64,000 nt of DNA from Gordius albopunctatus (Eukaryota). Positions within the stretch are counted from its first letter, which is position 1, and each line of letters starts with the position of its first letter. Location: assembly GCA_964276515.1 (NCBI GenBank), contig OZ193910.1:6820001-6884000 (forward strand). Direction: 5' to 3'. The notes below the pieces were generated by a model. That model ran no database searches. It was not told the origin of the DNA and was given only the letters and a program-made list of their open reading frames with translations. Below, in pieces: positions 55,301 through 64,000 of this stretch. The translations under genes and the position numbers were made by a program.

Positions 55301-58300
55301 ACTGATCAAAAAAATGTTTTTCAAGGAATTCACCTCTTATACGGAAAACTTTCATGAGAGCTATATGGTTGAACAAAAAAATAGAAAAAATTTTGAGGTC
55401 GAAAAAAATATTATTTTTCATATTCTTTTGAAAGGGAGATGAAAAAATCTTTAAAAGTTAGTAAATATTCTTAGCATTTTGTCCTTGTTAGAATCTTGAT
55501 AGGAATTTATGCGTGGGGGGATGTTTTAGATTGAGAGAAATTAAAATTTAGGTGTTGCGTTTATATTGTTTCAATATCGCTTTATAAGCGAGCTCTATGC
55601 GATCGTGATTTAGAGTTAATAATTTTTGATGACTGATCAAAAAAATGTTTTTCAAGGAATTCATCTCTTATACGGAAAACTTTCATGAGAGCTATATGGT
55701 TGAACAAAAAAATTGAAAAAATTTTGAGGTCGAAAAAAATATTATTTTTCATATTGTTTCGAAAGGGAGATGAAAAAATCTTTAAAAGTTAGTAAATATT
55801 CTTAGCATTTTGTCCTTGTTAGAATCTTGATAGGAATTTTTGCGTGGGGGGATGTTTGAGATTGAGAGAAATTAAAATTTTCGTGTTGCGTTTAGATTGA
55901 TTCAATATCGCTTTATAAGCGTGTCTCTAGTTTTAGTGAAACAAGCTCTATGCGATCGTGATTTAGAGTTAATAATTTTTGATGACTGATCAAAAAAATG
56001 TTTTTCAAGGAATTCACCTCTTATACCGAAAACTTTCATGAGAGCTATATGGTTGAACAAAAAAATTTAAAAAATTTTGAGGTCGAAAAAAATATTATTT
56101 TTCATATTCTTTTGAAAGGGAGATGAAAAAATCTTTAAAAGTTAGTAAATATTCTTAGCATTTTGTCCTTGTTAGAATCTTGATAGGAATTTATGCGTGG
56201 GGGGATGTTTTAGATTGAGAGAAATTAAAATTTTCGTGTTGCGTTTAGATTGATTCAATATCGCTTTATAAGCGTGTCTCTAGTTTTAGTGAAACAAGCT
56301 CTATGCGATCGTGATTCAGAGTTAATAATTTTTGATGACTGATCAAAAAAATGTTTTTCAAGGAATTCACCTCTTATACCGAAAACTTTCATGAGAGCTA
56401 TATGGTTGAACAAAAAAATTAAAAAAATTTTGAGGTCGAAAAAAATATTATTTTTCATATTCTTTTGAAAGGGAGATGAAAAAATCTTTAAAAGTTAGTA
56501 AATATTCTTAGCATTTTGTCCTTGTTAGAATCTTGATAGGAATTTATGCGTGGGGGGATGTTTTAGATTGAGAGAAATTAAAATTTAGGTGTTGCGTTTA
56601 TATTGTTTCAATATCGCTTTATAAGCGAGCTCTATGCGATCGTGATTTAGAGTTAATAATTTTTGATGACTGATCAAAAAAATGTTTTTCAAGGAATTCA
56701 TCTCTTATACGGAAAACTTTCATGAGAGCTATATGGTTGAACAAAAAAATTGAAAAAATTTTGAGGTCGAAAAAAATATTATTTTTCATATTCTTTCGAA
56801 AGGATGATGAAAAAATCTTTAAAAGTTAGTAAATATTCTTAGCATTTTGTCCTTGTTAGAATCTTGATAGGAATTTTTGCGTGGGGGGATGTTTTAGATT
56901 GAGAGAAATTAAAATTTAGGTGTTGCGTTTATATTGTTTCTATATCGCTTTATAAGCGTGTCTCTAGTTTTAGTGAAACAAGCTCTATGCGATCGTGATT
57001 CAGAGTTAATAATTTTTGATGACTGATCAAAAAAATGTTTTTCAAGGAATTCACCTCTTATACCGAAAACTTTCATGAGAGCTATATGGTTGAACAAAAA
57101 AATAGAAAAAATTTTGAGGTCGAAAAAATTATTATTTTTCATATTCTTTCGAAAGGGAGATGAAAAAATCTTTAAAAGTTAGTAAATATTCTTAGCATTT
57201 TGTCCTTGTTAGAATCTTGATAGGAATTTATGCGTGGGGGGATGTTTGAGATTTAGAGAAATTAAAATTTAGGTGTTGCGTTTATATTGTTTCAATATCG
57301 CTTTATAAGCGTGTCTCTAGTTTTAGTGTAAAAAGCTCTATGCGATCGTGATTTAGAGTTAATAATTTTTGATGACTGATCAAAAAAATGTTTTTCAAGC
57401 AATTCACCTCTTATACCGAAAACTTTCATGAGAGCTATATGGTTGAACAAAAAAATTGAAAAAATTTTGAGGTCGAAAAAAATATTATTTTTCAAATTCT
57501 TTCGAAAGGGAGATGAAAAAATCTTTAAAAGTTAGTAAATATTCATAGCATTTTGTCCTTGTTAGAATCTTGATAGGAATTTTTGCGTGGGGGGATGTTT
57601 TAGATTGAGAGAAATTAAAATTTAGGTGTTGCGTTTATATTGTTTCAATATCGCTTTATAAGCGTGTCTCTAGTTTTAGTTAAACAAGCTCTATGCGATC
57701 GTGATTTAGAGTTAATAATTTTTGATGACTGATCAAAAAAATGTTTTTCAAGGAATTCACCTCTTATACCGAAAACTTTCATGAGAGCTATATGGTTGAA
57801 CAAAAAAATTTAAAAAATTTTGAGGTCGAAAAAAATATTATTTTTCATATTCTTTCGAAAGGGATATGAAAAAATCTTTAAAAGTTAGTAAATATTCTTA
57901 GCATTTTGTGCTTGTTAGAATCTTGATAGGAATTTTTGCGTGGGGGGATGTTTTAGATTGAGAGAAATTAAAATTTAGGTGTTGCGTTTATATTGTTTCA
58001 ATATCGCTTTATAAGCGTGTCTCTAGTTTTAGTTAAACAAGCTCTATGCGATCGTGATTTAGAGTTAATAATTTTTGATGACTGATCAAAAAAATGTTTT
58101 TCAAGGAATTCACCTCTTATACCGAAAATTTTCATGAGAGCTATATGGTTGAACAAAAAAATTGAAAAAATTTTGAGGTCGAAAAAAATATTATTTTTCA
58201 TATTGTTTCGAAAGGGAGATGAAAAAATCTTTAAAAGTTAGTAAATATTCTTAGCATTTTGTCCTTGTTAGAATCTTGATAGGAATTTTTGCGTGGGGGG

Positions 58301-61300
58301 ATGTTTGAGATTGAGAGAAATTAAAATTTTCGTGTTGCGTTTAGATTGATTCAATATCGCTTTATAAGCGTGTCTCTAGTTTTAGTGAAACAAGCTCTAT
58401 GCGATCGTGATTTAGAGTTAATAATTTTTGATGACTGATCAAAAAATGTTTTTCAAGGAATTCACCTCTTATACCGAAAACTTTCATGAGAACTATATGG
58501 TTGGAACAAAAAAATTGAAAAAATTTTGAGGTCGAAAAAAATATTATTTTTCATATTTTTTCGAAAGGGAGATGAAAAAATCTTTAAAAGTTAGTAAATA
58601 TTCTTAGCATTTTGTCCTTGTTAGAATCTTGATAGGAATTTATGCGTGGGGGGATGTTTTAGATTGAGAGAAATTAAAATTTAGGTGTTGCGTTTATATT
58701 GTTTCAATATCGCTTTATAAGCGTGTCTCTAGTTTTAGTGAAACAAGCTCTATGCGATCGTGATTCAGAGTTAATAATTTTTGATGACTGATCAAAAAAA
58801 TGTTTTTCAAGGAATTCACCTCTTATACCGAAAACTTTCATGAGAGCTATATGGTTGAACAAAAAAATTTAAAAAATTTTGAGGTCGAAAAAAATATTAT
58901 TTTTCATATTGTTTCGAAAGGGAGATGAAAAAATCTTTAAAAGTTAGTAAATATTCTTAGCATTTTGTCCTTGTTAGAATCTTGATAGGAATTTTTGCGT
59001 GGGGGGATGTTTGAGATTGAGAGAAATTAAAATTTAGGTGTTGCCTTTATATTGTTTCAATATCGCTTTATAAGCGTGTCTCTAGTTTTAGTGAAACAAG
59101 CTCTATGCGATCGTGATTCAGAGTTAATAATTTTTGATGACTGATCAAAAAAATGTTTTTCAAGGAATTCACCTCTTATACGGAAAACTTTCATGAGAGC
59201 TATATGGTTGAACAAAAAAATAGAAAAAATTTTGAGGTCGAAAAAAATATTATTTTTCATATTCTTTTGAAAGGGAGATGAAAAAATCTTTAAAAGTTAG
59301 TAAATATTCTTAGCATTTTGTCCTTGTTAGAATCTTGATAGGAATTTATGCGTGGGGGGATGTTTTAGATTGAGAGAAATTAAAATTTAGGTGTTGCGTT
59401 TATATTGTTTCAATATCGCTTTATAAGCGAGCTCTATGCGATCGTGATTTAGAGTTAATAATTTTTGATGACTGATCAAAAAAATGTTTTTCAAGGAATT
59501 CATCTCTTATACGGAAAACTTTCATGAGAGCTATATGGTTGAACAAAAAAATTGAAAAAATTTTGAGGTCGAAAAAAATATTATTTTTCATATTGTTTCG
59601 AAAGGGAGATGAAAAAATCTTTAAAAGTTAGTAAATATTCTTAGCATTTTGTCCTTGTTAGAATCTTGATAGGAATTTTTGCGTGGGGGGATGTTTGAGA
59701 TTGAGAGAAATTAAAATTTTCGTGTTGCGTTTAGATTGATTCAATATCGCTTTATAAGCGTGTCTCTAGTTTTAGTGAAACAAGCTCTATGCGATCGTGA
59801 TTTAGAGTTAATAATTTTTGATGACTGATCAAAAAAATGTTTTTCAAGGAATTCATCTCTTATACGGAAAACTTTCATGAGAGCTATATGGTTGAACAAA
59901 AAAATTGAAAAAATTTTGAGGTCGAAAAAAATATTATTTTTCATATTGTTTCGAAAGGGAGATGAAAAAATCTTTAAAAGTTAGTAAATATTCTTAGCAT
60001 TTTGTCCTTGTTAGAATCTTGATAGGAATTTTTGCGTGGGGGGATGTTTGAGATTGAGAGAAATTAAAATTTTCGTGTTGCGTTTAGATTGATTCAATAT
60101 CGCTTTATAAGCGTGTCTCTAGTTTTAGTGAAACAAGCTCTATGCGATCGTGATTTAGAGTTAATAATTTTTGATGACTGATCAAAAAAATGTTTTTCAA
60201 GGAATTCACCTCTTATACCGAAAACTTTCATGAGAGCTATATGGTTGAACAAAAAAATTTAAAAAATTTTGAGGTCGAAAAAAATATTATTTTTCATATT
60301 CTTTTGAAAGGGAGATGAAAAAATCTTTAAAAGTTAGTAAATATTCTTAGCATTTTGTCCTTGTTAGAATCTTGATAGGAATTTATGCGTGGGGGGATGT
60401 TTTAGATTGAGAGAAATTAAAATTTTCGTGTTGCGTTTAGATTGATTCAATATCGCTTTATAAGCGTGTCTCTAGTTTTAGTGAAACAAGCTCTATGCGA
60501 TCGTGATTTAGAGTTAATAATTTTTGACGACTGATCAAAAAAATGTTTTTAAAGGAATTCACCTCTTATACGGAAAACTTTCATGAGAGCTATATGGTTG
60601 AACAAAAAAATAGAAAAAATTTTGAGGTCGAAAAAATTATTATTTTTCATATTCTTTCGAAAGGGAGATGAAAAAATCTTTAAAAGTTAGTAAATATTCT
60701 TAGCATTTTGTCCTTGTTAGAATCTTGATAGGAATTTATGCGTGGGGGGATGTTTGAGATTTAGAGAAATTAAAATTTAGGTGTTGCCTTTATATTGTTT
60801 CAATATCGCTTTATAAGCGTGTCTCTAGTTTTAGTGAAACAAGCTCTATGCGATCGTGATTCAGAGTTAATAATTTTTGATGACTGATCAAAAAAATGTT
60901 TTTCAAGGAATTCATCTCTTATACGGAAAACTTTCATGAGAGCTATATGGTTGAACAAAAAAATTGAAAAAATTTTGAGGTCGAAAAAAATATTATTTTT
61001 CATATTCTTTCGAAAGGATGATGAAAAAATCTTTAAAAGTTAGTAAATATTCTTAGCATTTTGTCCTTGTTAGAATCTTGATAGGAATTTTTGCGTGGGG
61101 GGATGTTTTAGATTGAGAGAAATTAAAATTTAGGTGTTGCGTTTATATTGTTTCTATATCGCTTTATAAGCGTGTCTCTAGTTTTAGTGAAACAAGCTCT
61201 ATGCGATCGTGATTCAGAGTTAATAATTTTTGATGACTGATCAAAAAAATGTTTTTCAAGGAATTCACCTCTTATACCGAAAACTTTCATGAGAGCTATA

Positions 61301-64000
61301 TGGTTGAACAAAAAAATAGAAAAAATTTTGAGGTCGAAAAAATTATTATTTTTCATATTCTTTCGAAAGGGAGATGAAAAAATCTTTAAAAGTTAGTAAA
61401 TATTCTTAGCATTTTGTCCTTGTTAGAATCTTGATAGGAATTTATGCGTGGGGGGATGTTTGAGATTTAGAGAAATTAAAATTTAGGTGTTGCGTTTATA
61501 TTGTTTCAATATCGCTTTATAAGCGTGTCTCTAGTTTTAGTGTAAAAAGCTCTATGCGATCGTGATTTAGAGTTAATAATTTTTGATGACTGATCAAAAA
61601 AATGTTTTTCAAGCAATTCACCTCTTATACCGAAAACTTTCATGAGAGCTATATGGTTGAACAAAAAAATTGAAAAAATTTTGAGGTCGAAAAAAATATT
61701 ATTTTTCAAATTCTTTCGAAAGGGAGATGAAAAAATCTTTAAAAGTTAGTAAATATTCATAGCATTTTGTCCTTGTTAGAATCTTGATAGGAATTTTTGC
61801 GTGGGGGGATGTTTTAGATTGAGAGAAATTAAAATTTAGGTGTTGCGTTTATATTGTTTCAATATCGCTTTATAAGCGTGTCTCTAGTTTTAGTTAAACA
61901 AGCTCTATGCGATCGTGATTTAGAGTTAATAATTTTTGATGACTGATCAAAAAAATGTTTTTCAAGGAATTCACCTCTTATACCGAAAACTTTCATGAGA
62001 GCTATATGGTTGAACAAAAAAATTGAAAAAATTTTGAGGTCGAAAAAAATATTATTTTTCATATTCTTTTGAAAGGGAGATGAAAAAATCTTTAAAAGTT
62101 AGTAAATATTCTTAGCATTTTGTCCTTGTTAGAATCTTGATAGGAATTTTTGCGTGGGGGGATGTTTGAGATTGAGAGAAATTAAAATTTTCGTGTTGCG
62201 TTTAGATTGATTCAATATCGCTTTATAAGCGTGTCTCTAGTTTTAGTGAAACAAGCTCTATGCGATCGTGATTTAGAGTTAATAATTTTTGATGACTGAT
62301 CAAAAAAATGTTTTTCAAGGAATTCACCTCTTATACGGAAAACTTTCATGAGAGCTATATGGTTGAACAAAAAAATAGAAAAAATTTTGAGGTCGAAAAA
62401 ATTATTATTTTTCATATTCTTTCGAAAGGGAGATGAAAAAATCTTTAAAAGTTAGTAAATATTCTTAGCATTTTGTCCTTGTTAGAATCTTGATAGGAAT
62501 TTATGCGTGGGGGGATGTTTGAGATTTAGAGAAATTAAAATTTAGGTGTTGCCTTTATATTGTTTCAATATCGCTTTATAAGCGTGTCTCTAGTTTTAGT
62601 GAAACAAGCTCTAGGCGATCGTGATTCAGAGTTAATAATTTTTGATGACTGATCAAAAAAATGTTTTTCAAGGAATTCACCTCTTATACCGAAAACTTTC
62701 ATGAGAGCTATATGGTTGAACAAAAAAATTTAAAAAATTTTGAGGTCGAAAAAAATATTATTTTTCATATTCTTTTGAAAGGGAGATGAAAAAATCTTTA
62801 AAAGTTAGTAAATATTCTTAGCATTTTGTCCTTGTTAGAATCTTGATAGGAATTTATGCGTGGGGGGATGTTTTAGATTGAGAGAAATTAAAATTTAGGT
62901 GTTGCGTTTATATTGTTTCAATATCGCTTTATAAGCGAGCTCTATGCGATCGTGATTTAGAGTTAATAATTTTTGATGACTGATCAAAAAAATGTTTTTC
63001 AAGGAATTCATCTCTTATACGGAAAACTTTCATGAGAGCTATATGGTTGAACAAAAAAATTGAAAAAATTTTGAGGTCGAAAAAAATATTATTTTTCATA
63101 TTCTTTCGAAAGGATGATGAAAAAATCTTTAAAAGTTAGTAAATATTCTTAGCATTTTGTCCTTGTTAGAATCTTGATAGGAATTTTTGCGTGGGGGGAT
63201 GTTTTAGATTGAGAGAAATTAAAATTTAGGTGTTGCGTTTATATTGTTTCTATATCGCTTTATAAGCGTGTCTCTAGTTTTAGTGAAACAAGCTCTATGC
63301 GATCGTGATTCAGAGTTAATAATTTTTGATGACTGATCAAAAAAATGTTTTTCAAGGAATTCACCTCTTATACCGAAAACTTTCATGAGAGCTATATGGT
63401 TGAACAAAAAAATAGAAAAAATTTTGAGGTCGAAAAAATTATTATTTTTCATATTCTTTCGAAAGGGAGATGAAAAAATCTTTAAAAGTTAGTAAATATT
63501 CTTAGCATTTTGTCCTTGTTAGAATCTTGATAGGAATTTATGCGTGGGGGGATGTTTGAGATTTAGAGAAATTAAAATTTAGGTGTTGCGTTTATATTGT
63601 TTCAATATCGCTTTATAAGCGTGTCTCTAGTTTTAGTGTAAAAAGCTCTATGCGATCGTGATTTAGAGTTAATAATTTTTGATGACTGATCAAAAAAATG
63701 TTTTTCAAGCAATTCACCTCTTATACCGAAAACTTTCATGAGAGCTATATGGTTGAACAAAAAAATTGAAAAAATTTTGAGGTCGAAAAAAATATTATTT
63801 TTCAAATTCTTTCGAAAGGGAGATGAAAAAATCTTTAAAAGTTAGTAAATATTCATAGCATTTTGTCCTTGTTAGAATCTTGATAGGAATTTTTGCGTGG
63901 GGGGATGTTTTAGATTGAGAGAAATTAAAATTTAGGTGTTGCGTTTATATTGTTTCAATATCGCTTTATAAGCGTGTCTCTAGTTTTAGTTAAACAAGCT
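4304..64000. repeat. Satellite DNA: head-to-tail tandem array of about 353-bp monomers (about 171 copies, about 35 of them about 331 bp), continuing past the window end
   Basis: The anchor GGAATTT(A/T)TGCGTGGGGGGATG recurs every 352-354 bp (330-332 bp across deletion monomers); ORF-track spacings of 353, 706 and 1036-1038 agree. Monomers differ at a limited set of recurrent positions. Most carry GAATTC, CGATCG, TGATCA and TCATGA sites. No inversion or foreign insertion was seen. Confidence 0.99.

Noticed and set aside
4371..63805. Dozens of 63-87 aa 'MKNN...' minus-strand ORFs as a tandem gene family
   Set aside because: They are readings of the satellite. Most monomers break the frame through stops or 1-bp changes in A tracts, C-termini vary with frameshifts, the F/K/I/N-rich composition reflects AT content, and there is no recognisable domain.
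4304..64000. CRISPR-like or cassette array associated with the adjacent reverse transcriptase
   Set aside because: There are no unique spacers; whole monomers repeat. The RT is a disrupted eukaryotic Gypsy pol, not a retron, DGR or Cas-linked RT.
4304..64000. Tandem RNA genes (5S rRNA, tRNA, snRNA, spliced leader) or telomeric repeat
   Set aside because: No recognisable conserved RNA sequence, Pol III boxes or short telomeric unit in the monomer. A covariance-model search would be needed to exclude this fully.
4304..64000. Assignment to a named satellite family or species, or a CENP-B box
   Set aside because: Monomer length resembles several known 350-360 bp invertebrate satellites, but I do not recognise the sequence and see no convincing CENP-B box; this needs a database search.

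Overview
Eukaryotic, AT-rich DNA at the edge of a large satellite array; the organism cannot be identified from the sequence. Bases 1-4303 are a pile of decayed transposons. They include the 5' part of a BED-finger hAT DNA transposon (minus strand, with a probable terminus at 1417), a probable RTE-type LINE 3' tail, a short Helitron-like 3' end and a GGCCC-rich patch. They end with a Ty3/Gypsy LTR retrotransposon (5' LTR, gag, protease, RT) that is cut off just after the RT core. From about 4304 to the window end (about 59.7 kb) is an uninterrupted head-to-tail satellite of about 171 monomers. Most monomers are 353 bp; about 35 are about 331 bp and carry one precise 22-bp deletion. The monomer shows a possible cryptic 176+177 bp dimer structure with a hairpin at a similar offset in each half. 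The array has local, changing higher-order duplications and region-restricted variants. The repeated 'MKNN...' ORFs are a by-product of the satellite. I found no intact gene, RNA gene or CRISPR-like array, and no positive evidence for a new protein-coding system; what is interesting here is the satellite architecture and the retroelement/satellite junction. All counts and offsets were read by eye and should be confirmed by alignment.
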